Of a DNA stretch of 64,000 nt, positions 14,086 to 31,157 are shown piece after piece; the stretch's first letter is position 1; each line of letters starts with the position of its first letter. Made by a program: the position numbers and the translations under genes. The stretch covers positions 21,886,001-21,950,000 of the forward strand of contig CM022677.1 of assembly GCA_012295275.1 (NCBI GenBank). The letters are read 5' to 3'. The notes below the pieces were generated by a model. That model saw only the letters and a program-made list of their open reading frames with translations. It was not told where the DNA came from and did not search any database. The DNA comes from Chrysomallon squamiferum (Eukaryota; Animalia; Mollusca).

Positions 14086-14400
14086 ACGGTGTAGCGATGC
14101 AGTCGTACCTAGCAACAAGGTAGATAATCGTACCTAGCAACAACGTAGAAAACACGTTGAACCGTTCTACACTTCTTGTCATATCGAACGATAAAGTGCG
14201 AACAGCTTCCATTCTCCTGTGAAGACAATACGTCTTACAATAATCGATGTATATCTTGTACTGAATGCTTCCATACCTACGTCTGCTAAGTCGATTGTCC
14301 TCGTTGTTATCTTCGTTAGCTGCGGCTCTCGAGTTCGATACCGCGAAAAGGTAAATTTGGGGTTTATTCCTGTTCCGTTGAAAAGTCTGATTTTTTTGTT
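14086..14400 (-). promoter_or_regulatory. Candidate non-coding first exon or promoter of FUT paralog B
   Basis: Minus-strand donor GTAAGT (acttac 14080-14085), CpG-rich unique island, and two tandem X-box-like GTTGCTAGGTAC sites (14105-14116, 14130-14141). Confidence 0.35.
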
Positions 14401-14522
14401 TGTTTTTTTTATCATTTTAGAAACCATATTTCTTTATTTGTGATGATAAATTTGAAAAACAGCGATTAAAACATCATTTCATGATGAGATTATAATTCGA
14501 GATGGTAAAATTTTAATAAGAC

Positions 14523-14579
<57 letters not shown>

Positions 14580-15956
14580 TTAATATAATTAAAAATGAAA
14601 CTGATACTTAAGGCCGTTGGCTAATTAAAAATAAAAGGTTATAATAAGTATCGTTAATTAAAAATAAAAAGTTTATATTGTTATCGGTAACAAATTAAAA
14701 AAATAATAATACTCATAATTAGTATTGATAACACACTAAATAATAAAAGTTGTAATAAATATTTCTAACTAATTAAGAATAACTGAAATTAATACTGAAA
14801 CAACATAAACAAACATGAAAAGTTATAATTCGAAATGGCGGACGAAAAATAAGTCTGAAAAACGATCGACGATTTATGCTATTCGACACTACCGTTTTCG
14901 TTGTCGTTGTTGTTGTTGTCGTCGTCGTCGTTGTTCATATTGTTGTTAATCTTAGTGCAGCGAGACAGCGTTATTTTCGTTTCATTCACAGAATGACGGG
15001 AGAAACAATCTGCCGACATTTGAAAAGAAACGCTTGTTAATATTTAATGAAATGTCTTTGCCCGCCTTAGCATTCTTGTGAACTACTGCAAATAATTAAT
15101 CGTCTGGCTTCATCGAGTCGCAGACGACAGACGAACGATCTAACTGCGTTCAGTTCTCAGTAGCGAAGGCCGACAACTCTGCGGCGCGGCTTGTTCACTT
15201 TAATTATCGTAGCGGGGTGTCACACACGAACGGCTGGCTGCTCGGAGTAAACACAGAACGGGAGAACAAATTAAATGCCAAGTTATCTCCCTTGCCGTTT
15301 TAGCGTGCGAACAGCGGGGTGCAACAGAGATGTAATCTGTCCCGTGTTGTTCGGGTTAATCGTGGATATCGTAGAGTTTCAACTGTATTCAGTAATAAAG
15401 ATAATGTTGGTTTTGCTGCTGGATGTCTGAAGATAATACAGGGGGATAATCTGATAATTCTAGGGATAATAGGATAATCTCTGTCAGGTTTGTAAACTAA
15501 TATTAGATTTTTTTGGCCATTATAATTATTATTATGTACTTTGTTAAAACAGATGTAAATATACTAAATATTATTCTTCCTGTCCAAGTGTGGTTATTTC
15601 TTCAGTGAAAAAGTAACAAAAACACAACACAAGTGATGATTTCTTTTCTTTTCTTTCAGTCTCACAAGTCGTTGCCATAACAACACTAATTTAGCTGTTG
15701 TCTTGTAATTTGCATAATTATAAGTAGCAGAGTTGAATTCACAAAACAATTACTGAAACCGGACACCTAATCTGACCAATCCTTGATTTTACTGAATGCA
15801 CACGCATGCATACGCTTACGCACACACACACACACACACACACGCAATTAATATATACCATAATGACTCCATATATATATATAATATTTTGAAATAAAAT
15901 GTTTTAAAAATTGTCTATGCTCAACAAAAATAATAATAATAATAATAATAATAAAA

Positions 15957-15992
<36 letters not shown>

Positions 15993-16176
15993 CATAATGA
16001 TCATAATCATAAAATAAAAAATATATTAAAAATTAAATTAAAAAAAAATTAATTAATTTTAAAAAAAGGTGTTAAGAAATCAAAGCTTTATATTTTAATA
16101 ATCCAGTCATGTGTTTCCAGCCTTCATACTTACATTGCCGCAAAAACACACTCAAAACATATTCGTAAACCTATAT

Positions 16177-16259
<83 letters not shown>

Positions 16260-16544
16260 GTCTGTCTGTCTGTACATTGTCTTTATATTCTAATTCAACA
16301 GAGATAATAGAGTGATATGGAGAGAGAGGGAAAAGCCAAACACGCATAGTCTATCTATCTAAGATATCTGGTCACGTACCTTTATATCTGTCCACATATT
16401 TATTGACAAGTTTGACTGCCTGTACATTTCTATCTATGTATTTATCTATCTACATATCTCTCTATCTGTTTCAAGTTTTTTCTATCTATATCTCTCCTTA
16501 TACCTACCTATCCATCTGTCTGTATATCTGTGTATCTATATATA

Positions 16545-16817
<273 letters not shown>

Positions 16818-16819
16818 TC

Positions 16820-16907
<88 letters not shown>

Positions 16908-17210
16908 TCGATCTCTCACTCTCTGTAGTGTACTGTATAGAAATGATGACTAAACAAATTTCTGTACATTGTTTTTGAATCAATTGTTCTTCTGCTCAAA
17001 TTGATTATTTAATCCCCCAAGGGCGAAAGCGCGGCTCATCATCGATTTTCAAATTGTAATTTTCTTTACACTCGTCTCTCTGTCTTTCTGTCTGTCTGTC
17101 CGTCTTTGTGTCTCATACATTGTTTCTGTCCGGAGTTCATTAGTCAGTGCTCGCTGCTGTTGTTTCTCAGTACGTTCACCTCTCATTTTACACAAAGTAT
17201 TAAAATACTA

Positions 17211-17313
<103 letters not shown>

Positions 17314-17365
17314 CGAGAGAGAGACAGACAGACAGAGACAGATACATATAAATGCGAAATGAGAG

Positions 17366-17446
<81 letters not shown>

Positions 17447-17680
17447 ACGCTAATTAGAATTAATCTCCGTAAAAGACGCACACGCACACATACATAAACA
17501 CACAGTAATTAGTAAACAGATATCATGATATTTATGTATCTATCTATATCTGTCAGTCTATCTATCTATCTATCTATCTATTTATCTATCAATCTATCTG
17601 TATATACATACATACGTACGTACTTAGATACACACACACACACATTCACACACAACACACACACACACACACACACACTG

Positions 17681-19659
<1,979 letters not shown>

Positions 19660-19787
19660 TAGCATGTATATATGTATGTATGTACGTACATATGCATATA
19701 TGTATTCATTAGTTTTTTATATGTGTGTGTATATATATATGCATGTATGTGTGTGTGTGTATATAGGTATTATGTATGTGTGTATGT

Positions 19788-20124
19788 ATCTGTGTGTAAC
19801 GTTTTTCACTATTTCTGATACTGTTTAGTAAAACTGTGTGTACGTATGTGTGAGTGTGTGTTTATGTGTGTGTTCTGTGTGTGTGTATGTGTGTGTTCTG
19901 TGTTTGTATATATATATATCTGTGTGTAACGTTTTTCACTATTTCTGATACTGTTTAGTAAAACTGTGTGTGTACGTATGTGTGAGTGTGTGTTTATGTG
20001 TGTGTTCTGTGTGTGTATATATATATATGTATATATCTGTGTGTAACGTTTTTCACTATTTCTGATACTGTTTAGTAAAACTGTGTGTGTACGTATGTGT
20101 GAGTGTGTGTTTATGTGTGTGTGT

Positions 20125-20161
<37 letters not shown>

Positions 20162-20550
20162 GTGTGTAACGTTTTTCACTATTTCTGATACTGTTTAGTA
20201 AAACTGTGTGTGTACGTATGTGTGAGTGTGTGTTTATGTGTGTGTTCTGTGTGTGTGTATGTATATATCTGTGTGTAACGTTTTTCACTATTTCTGATAC
20301 TGTATAGTAAAACTGTGTGTGTGTATGTGTGTGTGTGTGTTTATGTGTGTGTGTGTATATATTTATGTGTCTGTTTTCTGTGTGTGTATATATATATCTG
20401 TGTGTTTAACGTTTTTCACTATTTTTTCACTGTTTAGTAAAACTGTGTGTGGATGTGTGTGTTCTGTGTGTGTATGTGTGTGTTCTGTGTGTGTATATAT
20501 ATATCTGTGTGTAACGTTTTTCACTATTTTTTCACTGTTTAGTAAAGCTG
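19788..20550. repeat. Minisatellite with a unit of about 110-130 bp, about 7 copies
   Basis: Constant core CTGTGTGTAACGTTTTTCACTATTTCTGATACTGTTTAGTAAAACTGTGTG separated by variable GT/AT tracts. Confidence 0.9.
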
Positions 20551-20854
20551 TGTTGGCTGTAAAGACGGTGAAGCTCTGAGCTGGTAAATAAAACATGCAC
20601 TTTAGATCTAATTATCTGTTAACTGTCTACAGACACGTAGTCGTAAACTCCACACACATTCCATTCAACTGTCCCTCTGTCTGTCTGTGTGTTTCTCTTT
20701 CCATCTCTGTCTTTTATGGGTGTCGGTATATTTGTGTTTATAGTCAGAGACGCACACGTGTGTGTTTGTGTGTGAGTGCGTCTACCTCTAATTTTTTTTT
20801 TTTTTGTCTCTCTATCTGTTTACGTCTCTATCTCTGTTTTTATACTTGTCTGTA

Positions 20855-20935
<81 letters not shown>

Positions 20936-21518
20936 CTATATGTAGCTAAATAGATATATATTTAGATAAAGAGAGATACATATATACATACATATATATT
21001 TGTCTGTTTTTCTTTCTCCCTCTCTATTCGTCAATCTCTTTCTTCTTAGTCTTTGTCTCTCTGTCTATTTCCGTCTGTCTGTCTGTCTGTCTGTCCGATG
21101 AGACACTGAACAGACCTGTTTTAACCGACTGTTTACTAAATACATACGTCACGTCGTACTACCTGCTCGCCTCATAAACATATCTGTGTCAGACATCTTT
21201 GTTTATTCTTTATTTATGTGTCAGGTTTGCTCCGTTGAGCTTCGTGCCGTAACATGGCGATCTATTGATTGTAACGCTGAATCCAATAAACATTCCTTTA
21301 GTCAAACCTCAGTCAGTCAACATAGTCAGAAGTCAGTCACTCAGATAGTCAGTGAGTCAGTCAGTTAGTCAAACAGTAAGTCAATCAGAAACATCAGTGT
21401 TGTAGTTAGTCAGGCAGAAACACACAGTCTGAAATTTGTCACACAGTTAGTTAATCAGTAAAACAAGGTAAAATGTCAGACAGTTTGTGAATCAAAAGTC
21501 CAGGGTGATACACCTAAT

Positions 21519-21553
<35 letters not shown>

Positions 21554-21754
21554 ATACACACATACATACACATACACGCACACACACATAGAGGTGAACA
21601 CCTTTCTATACAAAATGGACTCTTTATATAATGATATTATTGTTGTTATTATTATTATTATTATTATTATTGTTGTTGTTGTTGTTGTTGTTGTTATTAT
21701 TATTATTATTATTGTTGTTGTTGTTATTATTATTATTATTACTACTATTATTAC

Positions 21755-21800
<46 letters not shown>

Positions 21801-22119
21801 GTTGTTGTTGTTGTTGTTGTTGTTATACAGATAATGATCGTTATGTTTTTTAAAAATCTATTTATGATAAAACGCTAACATCGTCACCACTGAAAACTAA
21901 TCTGACAGACAGCAACCTTCTCACTGAAAGGTCAGTTTATTAACTGAAAAAAAAAGTGGACGAGACAAAAGTACAAACCAATAAAATCATGTAGCTAATT
22001 ATCTCGGTTCACTGATTTCTTTGACATGGTCAAAACTTGTTTATCACACGATTCTAAATCTACACGGATATTTACTTTGCTTTTTTTCATAAATCCGGCC
22101 CGCGTTTGTGTGTGGTGAT

Positions 22120-22500
22120 AAACCAAGTAAACCTATGAATTGACGTCATTGTTAAAACCAAACAATTCTATATACTGACGTCTTTGTTGGATGAACAATT
22201 CCCTCAAACGACGAACAATCAAACTAACAGTTATATGAACTGAGTGTAGCTTAACAGACATGTCTGGTTAAAAACCAAACTTATCTACGAACTGACGTCA
22301 TTGTTAAAAAACCAAACAATTCTATGAACTGACGTCTTTGTTGAATGAACAATTCCCTGAAATGACTTTTTATTAAACGAATAATTTTCTGAACTGATTC
22401 TAGTCAAAAAACCAAACTGATCTACGAACTGACGTCATTGTTAAAAACAAAACAATTCTGTGAACTGACGTCTTTGTTAAAAACTAAATAATTCTCTGAC
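22120..22500. repeat. Degenerate tandem repeat of about 35 bp containing CRE-like TGACGTC(A/T)
   Basis: Units like AAAACCAAACAATTCTATGAACTGACGTC(A/T)TTGTT; TGACGTCA at 22141, 22293 and 22430. Confidence 0.8.
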
Positions 22501-23928
22501 ATGATTTCATGTTGAGATCAAATTGAGTTTTGCTTTTGAGCTGACCTCATGAATTAGACTTTTGATTTGAACAGGCAGATCGAGAAATAGGTTTATTAAT
22601 CGATGACCGTATTTTATTTTGTTTTCAAAGGATGATCGGCTGTTTATGGGTAGGTTCGATGACCCTAAAGTCAGGCCTCCATGGTTGATTGCGTCATCGA
22701 TTTGTTTACTAGAGACCAACGTTTTCCAGCAATAAAGTTTGCTAAAAGTCAAAGATATATCTGTGATGATGATGATAATAATTAGACTAAATAGTTTTGT
22801 ATATTTGTATATTATTATTTTATTTGTTCACTGGATACCAACCTTTACTAAGAATTAAGTATTTTAATAGTTAAAAGGTATTTGCGACAGCGTTATCTAA
22901 TGGCGTAAACGTTCAAGAGACTTCTAGTTTCCAACCTTTGTTAGTGATAAAGATTTTTAATAAATGTTTTTACAGATTTGTACATAGTTGTGTAGTCTGC
23001 TTTTTTATTTATTTTTTTTCTTCTTCTTCTCTTTCTTTTCTTTTTTCTTCTTTCTTTTTTCTTCTTCTTCTTCTTTTTCGTCTTCTTCCTTTCCTTCTTC
23101 TTCTTTGCGAACTATAACAAGTGCATATTAACAAGTAACTAGTTTATCTAACTATGCCACTACCGACACAACGACAACACTTGAATTAAACATTCTGCGG
23201 TCGAATGACTTTCCAGGGTATTTTAGATTCGTGTTAAAGCGTGACCCTTCTGCACGTTTCAAAATATCCTCCGCTGATTCTTTGTATTTCGTTCAATTCA
23301 TAGTCAAGCACTATTGACAGGCTCGTGTATACATATTTCTGCACTCTTCAAAATATTCTAAGCAATTTTTTTAAATATTTTATTTAATCCATACTCGAGT
23401 GTTATCAACAGACACACAAATATATTTTACCTACGCTTTGTCAATGTAAATACTACAAGCTGCTTCAGAACTATATTAATAATAATGTAAATAAAAACGT
23501 TTGTTATGAAGCTGAATGAAACCGGTTAAAGGTGTGTGACACTGTGCATGTTCAAAGTACGAGTGATCAGTTGTTCAGTCTCTCTCTCTCAGTAACAATA
23601 TCTCATTATTTTCCCGTTCCAAACAGTACTCGTGTATTGCTGTGGTAAAAAAAAAATGCTGATATTGTATTTCTTGGTGTTGAATTATAAAATACTTGAT
23701 CTTCACTCACGTTGTTGTCGTTGCTGTTGTTTGTGTTGTTGTTGTTCTTAGGAGTAGTAGTAGTAGTAGTAGTATTTATCATCTTCGTCATTGTTACTAT
23801 TATTTTTGCTATTATTATTATTATTAAGAATCATCATTATCATCACCATTATCATTATTGTTGTTGTTCCTATTGTTGTTTTTCTTCTTCTTCTTCTTCT
23901 TCTTCTTTTCGTTGTTATTATTATTACA

Positions 23929-23989
<61 letters not shown>

Positions 23990-24105
23990 GAGTTTTATTA
24001 GTATTAGTATTAATATTAGTATTATTATATTATTACTATTATTATTCAAATACTTTCACCCACAACGCTCTGACGTCACGTCTATTCCACTTTCTCTCGC
24101 CAGGT

Positions 24106-24574
24106 ATGTCGTCAAAACCGAAAAGTGACGGAAACGACGGAGATCTCACGAAGATCGTCAACGACGCGATATCCAACGAAAACGTACGAGACCTGCTCGA
24201 GCTGCTCGAGAGCCGCCGCGTCGACGTCAACGCTCGCGACGTCTCGCACGACCTCACCACGGTGCTGATGAAGGTGTGTCACATGAACATCGAAAACGAG
24301 GCCATGTGCGCGATAACGGACGCGCTTCGGGACCTGCCGATAAACGCAGACGTGAAAGACGCGTACGGACGGACGGCCATGATGCACTCGTGCATAGGAC
24401 AGAAGCCGTGCGTCGTCGGCTTCCTCCTGTCGCTCAGGTGCGACGTGAACGCCGCCGACAACGGCGGCAACACGGTTCTGACGTACGCTATTAAAAGTGG
24501 TAACTGTGAAATTGTGGAGTCGATTCTGGAACAGGATTCTGCCGCGGAATTGATAAAGAAGAGAAACAATATGG
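24106..24574 (+). CDS. Ankyrin-repeat protein, coding exon 1
   Basis: Acceptor CTCGCCAG| at 24103, ATG at 24106 (MSSKPK...). Ankyrin motifs DVNARD..TVLMKVC, ADVKDAYGRTAMMHSC and DVNAADNGGNTVLTYAIKSGNCEIVESIL. Phase-1 donor G|GTAAGA. Confidence 0.88.
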
Positions 24575-24692
24575 GTAAGATTATAACTATATGTATATAT
24601 AATATTATTAACTATTACTGTTATATATAATATATAATATTATTAACTATTACTGTTATATATAATATATAATATTATTAACTATTACTATG

Positions 24693-24743
<51 letters not shown>

Positions 24744-25735
24744 ATAGTTATTTATCGACAGTAAGGTCTTTGAATTTGTCTCTTTTTGTGACTTTTTGTT
24801 TTGGTTTGTTTTTCAGGTTTGTATTTTTTATTTTATTATCTTTTTATTATTATTCTTTTTATTTTTTTATTTTAATTTTTATTATTTTTTATTTTTTTTT
24901 TTTTTTTTTTTTTTTTTTTGTTGTTGTTGTTGTTGTTGTTGTTGTTTTCTATAAATCTGATTAGTTACCTTTTCAAAGTATAATCTGTACGTGCGAAGGT
25001 TTGTGTATGCATTTATATATATATATATCTACGACTGTCACGTAGACACCATCACTTGAAAAACAATGGGCTAGAATTCGATGTGCTCAGATTTAAAGAC
25101 TCTTTCAGTCTGTGCCAGGAAGATGTCGCGCTGTGATTGCTGTTGCTGGTGGGACCACGATGTATTTATTTCAGCACCCTGCTGCGACGCTGTTTGGTGA
25201 CAGAAACGCCAGCACTGCCGTAGTGTAGAACACTGTCATATGCTCATGTGAAATATTAATGCGACATGGTCATAAATAAGGAAATTATGCAACTTTGCGT
25301 CAAAACAATAACGCCATGATTATATTTCGCCTTTTTTTTTTTTTTTTTTTGACAGAGTAAGTAAATTCTCATATCACTGAAAAATTCAGTGAATAAGTTT
25401 AACAGCCAGGTTATCTATTTATATCATATGTATATATAAATGTCTCTGGAGATATTATTCTTTGTTGATATTAGTAATTGCTAACAGCGACCACCTGTGT
25501 ATAAAGCTAGGGCGTGTCCACAAAACTGCACAGTAAAGTGATTAATCATTTACATCATGTGTCATAGCTGACTGATTCTGATCACCTATCAGCAAGTAAT
25601 CATCTACCACAGTCGTTTATCAGCTCGGTTGAATAAATCCAAAACAAAATAGAACAATGTGCTTCAGTATTTGTTATTGTGTGTGTGCATGTGTATGTGT
25701 ATGTATGTATGTATGTATGTATGTATGTATGTATG

Positions 25736-25766
<31 letters not shown>

Positions 25767-26855
25767 GTATGTATGTATGTAACAAATTGTGTGAATCTGT
25801 GTCACAAATGTTAACGTTTATTGAGCTGTACTCTATGCACCTTTTAAGACTGAACGAATGAAATGATTATTTCTATTCAAAGCGATCTATATGTTTTATT
25901 TTTTTTTTTACATCAAATAATTATTTCCAGAAGAAAAAGACAACAACAACAACAACAACAACAACAAAAAAAGATTTGTTAGCCTTACAACAGTACTCTG
26001 AACGAAAACAATATCTATATTTATAATAGGATTCATATAAAATGTATTTAGAAAGACATTTAAAAATCAACTCATATAAAAGGTTACTTCGTATATAAAC
26101 TGTTTTCAAGTAGTCTACTAAAACAATAGCACGTGCATATATTATTTTAACCATCAGGTATTTTGTTAGTGGTGAAGAAACAAAAATCATTTGATGTATG
26201 TTTAAAAAAACAAAAAAAAAAAAAAAAAAAACATTGTGGTTAATATAAGAAAACTGGAGTCGGATAAAAATAAAACTTGTAAATCCATTAAGCATCTTCA
26301 GATTACAGAAGATTAGATTTAATCTACAGCACAATAGTAATTATAACGATTTAATAGATTTTGAAGCTTCGTGTAAAGACACTTATAAAAATAGATGATG
26401 CAGACTGATGACAGAGATAAAATATCTTGAGATCAGAGAAAGATTAGATGTAATTCATTTCATATTCGTAGTTGTACTGGTTATGGAGATAATGATAAAA
26501 ATAGATGATAAAGATACATGATGAAGATAGATGATAAAGACGGATGATAAAAAAGATGATAAATATAGATTATAAAAAAATAAAATAAAGATATGGATCT
26601 CAAAGGTTCGAGGAAAGACGAAGATCTGGTCAGAATAATCGAATAATCGATATCGATAAAAAAAAAAAAAAAAAAAAAAGTAACATACAGACCTACACAG
26701 GGAGAGACACGGACAAACGGATGAATGGTTTAATTGACGTAATGATCTCTGGATGGATGGATGGATGGATGGTTGGATATAAACATTTAATAATTGTGTA
26801 AGAAAATAAAGTATTTGTTTCCTGTCGAACGAATTGCTATTCATTAATAATACCA

Positions 26856-26886
<31 letters not shown>

Positions 26887-27411
26887 ATATATTTTTATTT
26901 TATTTTTGTTTTATTTTATTTTATTATTTTTATAAATTCGGTACGCCTGTCCTTGGAGTTCGAACTTCTAGAACATTCTCTCTTTAACGACTGCTCCCCT
27001 AGCAGACGTACATCCGTGCAATTATCTCAGCTGATCCGTGGAAATAGGTCACGTGATTTATTGTTTTGTCTATCGTGTGGCGTATTGATTTGGCGGAAGT
27101 TCCGTGTTAATTTTTAATACGGTCGGATTACTTACCAGTTGATTAATCCGCCATCGCTGCATTGGAAAGCTTGGCCGACGAAGCGTGACTCTCTGTTTTC
27201 CTTTTTTCTGCTGTGTGAACAAAAGACCGACAACTCTGTCGCTTTCGAGACATCAAAGAAAAACAATAAATATTTTAGTGAATATTGCGTAAGTCTGAAC
27301 CAAGCGAATTGTAACATCATTTTTTTTTTTGTAAATATAATTAAAAACAATTTTTTTTTTTTTTTATTTTTTTTTTAAATATTTATAATGACGTCACTTC
27401 CGTATTTTCAG

Positions 27412-28376
27412 GTCTTCTTCCGGTGGACGTGGCAAAGAAGACGAACAACAACAAGATCATCAAAATGGTGGAAGCGTTTTACCAGAACATTGTTGACAGC
27501 GAAAAATTCCTCAAGAGAAAACGGTCCAAGCGGCGGTCCCAGAAACTTCCTCCGCCGTCGTATCCGACATCGAACAAGCCGCAGCCGTCGTCGCAAGCGC
27601 CGAACAAGCAGACGACGACGTCAGCAAACGCACCGTCGACTCTCGTCGGCAGAGAACGCCTGGGAGGTGACGTCAACGTGGCTAACGTGCAGAACAAAGA
27701 TTTCTCGTCTGCTGACAGCGCCATCGATTCAGTCACGCACGTGCCGGTTGGCGCCAAAAACCAGCAGTCAGCAGACGACGCGTCGAATGTGTCGTCCCGC
27801 GCGAATGACGTCATGCAGAATCCTGGCGACGCCACTCACAAACGCAGTGACGTCACGTGGAAGAAGAGCGACCTGAAGAAGCGGCACAGTGACGTCATAA
27901 CCAGATCCAGCGAGATCAGAGCCTGGGATACGGACGCACCGCCGATGCTTGGCAGCCTGACGGATAGGCAGAGTGACGTCATGGCCAGATGCAACTACGA
28001 GAAACCCAGCCACACTTTCCCCACGATCAAAATGCCGAATCGCTGCAACAGAGTCAGGGAGAAGATGGAAAGCAGGCGCGATTCCGTGTCACTTCCTGAC
28101 CTGCGCACCATGCGCGCCAATCTGGTCTCTTCCGGTGACGTCATTCCCGCGTCGGCCGACGGCATTCGAAACCATATATTCGGTAAGCGGGTGAAGGAGT
28201 CGCCGGAAGGAAGTGACGAAATGAGGAAAGAGAATCGAAGGGAGAGTGTGGTGACCGATCTACCAACGCTAACTGATATCTCAAAGTTTAAAAAGTCAGA
28301 CGATTTCCTGAAAAATGATAAAACGAACAAGCGATATTCCAGTGATGGAGCCTTGCATCGAAGTCTTATTTCCTAA
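27412..28376 (+). CDS. Ankyrin-repeat protein, terminal coding exon (end of last ankyrin repeat plus long disordered tail); spliced product about 477 aa
   Basis: Acceptor TATTTTCAG|GT; the phase-1 join gives ...KRNNMGLLPVDVAKKTNNNKIIKMV, completing an ankyrin repeat. GC-rich ORF to TAA at 28376, with AATAAA nearby. Confidence 0.85.
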
Positions 28377-28570
28377 CGAAAAAAAAAAAAAAAAATAAAA
28401 ACGTTAATGTATATATATATATAAATACGTTTAAAAAAAAAAAAAAAAAAAGTATTCAAAATTGCCCACAGAAAGTATATTTCATATTCTCAAATAAACT
28501 TGTAATATTTTGATACATACATGGTTGTTACAGAGAGAGAGAGAGAGGGAGAGGGAGAGGGGAGAGGGGA

Positions 28571-28693
<123 letters not shown>

Positions 28694-28935
28694 AATTACC
28701 TGGCCAAAATGCGACCTGTTGATATTGAAATAAATACAGTGTATTTGGTTTGATTGAGACTGTTGATATACTAAACAAAAATAATTAGGGTACGACACAT
28801 TTGTTTTGTTTTGTTTTGTTTGTTTGTTCAACTTGTATAAAGGTTTCTATTTTGTTATTTATATAAATAATTATGTGATAATAAAAAATTCTTGTTATCC
28901 TTAGCTACTTTTTTTTTCGTTCACAGCAACGACGA

Positions 28936-29043
<108 letters not shown>

Positions 29044-29134
29044 CAGTAATAGTAGTAGTAGTAGTAGTAATAGTAGTAGTAGTAGTAGTAGTAGTAGTAA
29101 TAGTAGTACTAGTAGTGGTAGTAGTAGTAGCAGT

Positions 29135-29169
<35 letters not shown>

Positions 29170-29804
29170 TAGTAGTAGTAATAATGGCAGCAGCAGCAGC
29201 AACAGAAGCAGTAGTAGTAGTAGTAGTAGTAATAATGGCAGCAGCAGCAGCAACAGAAGCAGTAGTAGTAATAATAATAATAGTAACAAAACAACAACAA
29301 CAACAACAACAACAACAATAATAATAATATCACCGGTAACAACACTAACAATATAAATAATAATATCTACAACATTATTACTTCAATAAATCAAAAACAC
29401 AATAACAGTCATAACAATAAAACTATATTAGTAGCAACAAGTGTAGTACAAGCAACAGTGGTAGTGCTATACTAGTATTTTTAGTGGTAGTAGTAGAAGT
29501 AGCGAAAGTAGTAACAGTTGGAGTAGTAGTAGTAGTTATATTAGTAGTATAGTGATTATTGCATTAATATTAGTAGTAGTTTTGGAGATAGTAGTAGCAG
29601 TAATGGTGACTCAGTCTGTTATGACTTTTTCACACGGAGATCAATGCTGGTAATTGAATTCAAGTGAAATTTAATAGACACAAGTGCAGATGGTTTTAAT
29701 AGGATAGTTGTAGTAGTAGCAGTAGTAGTAGTAGTAGTAGTAGTAGTAAAATTAATAATAACAATAACAACATTTAAAACAATAATGATAAGAAGAAAAA
29801 CAAG

Positions 29805-29852
<48 letters not shown>

Positions 29853-30074
29853 CAATATTATATTATTAGTAGTAGTAGTAGTAGTAGTAGTATTTTATTA
29901 TTAATAGTATTAAATAGTAATAAACAATTTAAACAAAAGAATAAAACTAAAAAAGAAGATAACAATAGCAAAAAGAATAACAGTTGCCCATACAATCTCC
30001 TTAACCTTTGTTTAAATTCAGAAAGAAAAAAAAAAAAAAAAAAGAATAAATATATAAATAAATAAACAAGCAAA

Positions 30075-30109
<35 letters not shown>

Positions 30110-30150
30110 ACGAACAAGCAAATAAATAAATAAAGAAAGAAAAATTAAAG

Positions 30151-30181
<31 letters not shown>

Positions 30182-30543
30182 TATAAAGAATCATGAATCA
30201 GTATATTTGATTAACAGTTCATGATTAACAGTTCTGCTGGAAAGAAAACAATTTCCAGGCTCGTAGATAAAGACAGATTATATTGTCTACAGATATCTGA
30301 ATTAACGCTCTGCCAATTTAACTTTGCAATGCACTGATAAAAATCAATCGCCGAAGGACATTTGAAAAACGTTTGTACTTCGAGTTTCCTGTATGATGTA
30401 AGACACTGGGTCAGAGTGCACCTGACGTCGAATTTATAAACGTCTATAAATAGATCAGTGGGATATTCTTTATGTATAGTGCGCAACATAAATACATGTT
30501 TAGACGTGAGAATCTACGTAAGTATAGATATAGGTTTTATTAC

Positions 30544-30588
<45 letters not shown>

Positions 30589-30919
30589 CTTTTAAAGGGC
30601 ATATTAAAATTAATCCACGATCATTGATTATAATTGTAATACAATATATACCGACATATTCTAACATATCTTTTTATAACCAAACGTTGATTCATTTTAA
30701 TTGTTATATCGTCATCGTCATTATTATTATTATTATTATTATATTTTATTTATTTATTAATTTATTTATTTATTCAGATATTTTTAATCTCCCCTATTCG
30801 TTTTCAGGTTCCACCATATCCTTACGATAAATATTTTTTCCAACAAACGATTCATTGTCACATTTCAAGAAACGGACTATAAATTCGCCTTTTTTTTTTT
30901 TTTATTTTTTTTTTTTAAT

Positions 30920-31157
30920 CCTTCGTGCCATTCAGTGTTTAAACCACGTTTCCACGTTTCTGCTGTTGGTTGCTGTTCCAACCGCGATCTTGTATGTTTG
31001 TTGTGAACGATACTTTGTGGTCAGTGCATCTTAGCGATAAGGCGGGATTTAAAAAAAAAGAAGAAAGAAAAAATCAAAGCGCAGACACAAATTCGTGTGT
31101 GGCAGACGAACGTTTCAATCGTCAGCAGACGTCACCGGGAATTGTATTACATTGGAG
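30920..31157 (+). other. Candidate non-coding 5' exon of the GLUT gene
   Basis: Unique island ending in strong donor GAG|GTAAGG (31158). The ATG-bearing exon at 39540 has an acceptor, so an upstream exon is required. Other donor candidates lie at 34718, 34735 and about 36280. Confidence 0.3.

Noticed and set aside
19788-20550. Constant core with variable spacers resembling a CRISPR array (also 22120-22500)
   Set aside because: Spacers are related GT/AT microsatellite tracts rather than unique sequences, there are no cas genes, and the context is eukaryotic; these are minisatellites.
24596-24700. 35-bp triple tandem repeat after the ankyrin donor (and a 36-bp direct repeat at about 54234-54313)
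   Set aside because: Ordinary local slippage duplications with no splice or coding consequence.
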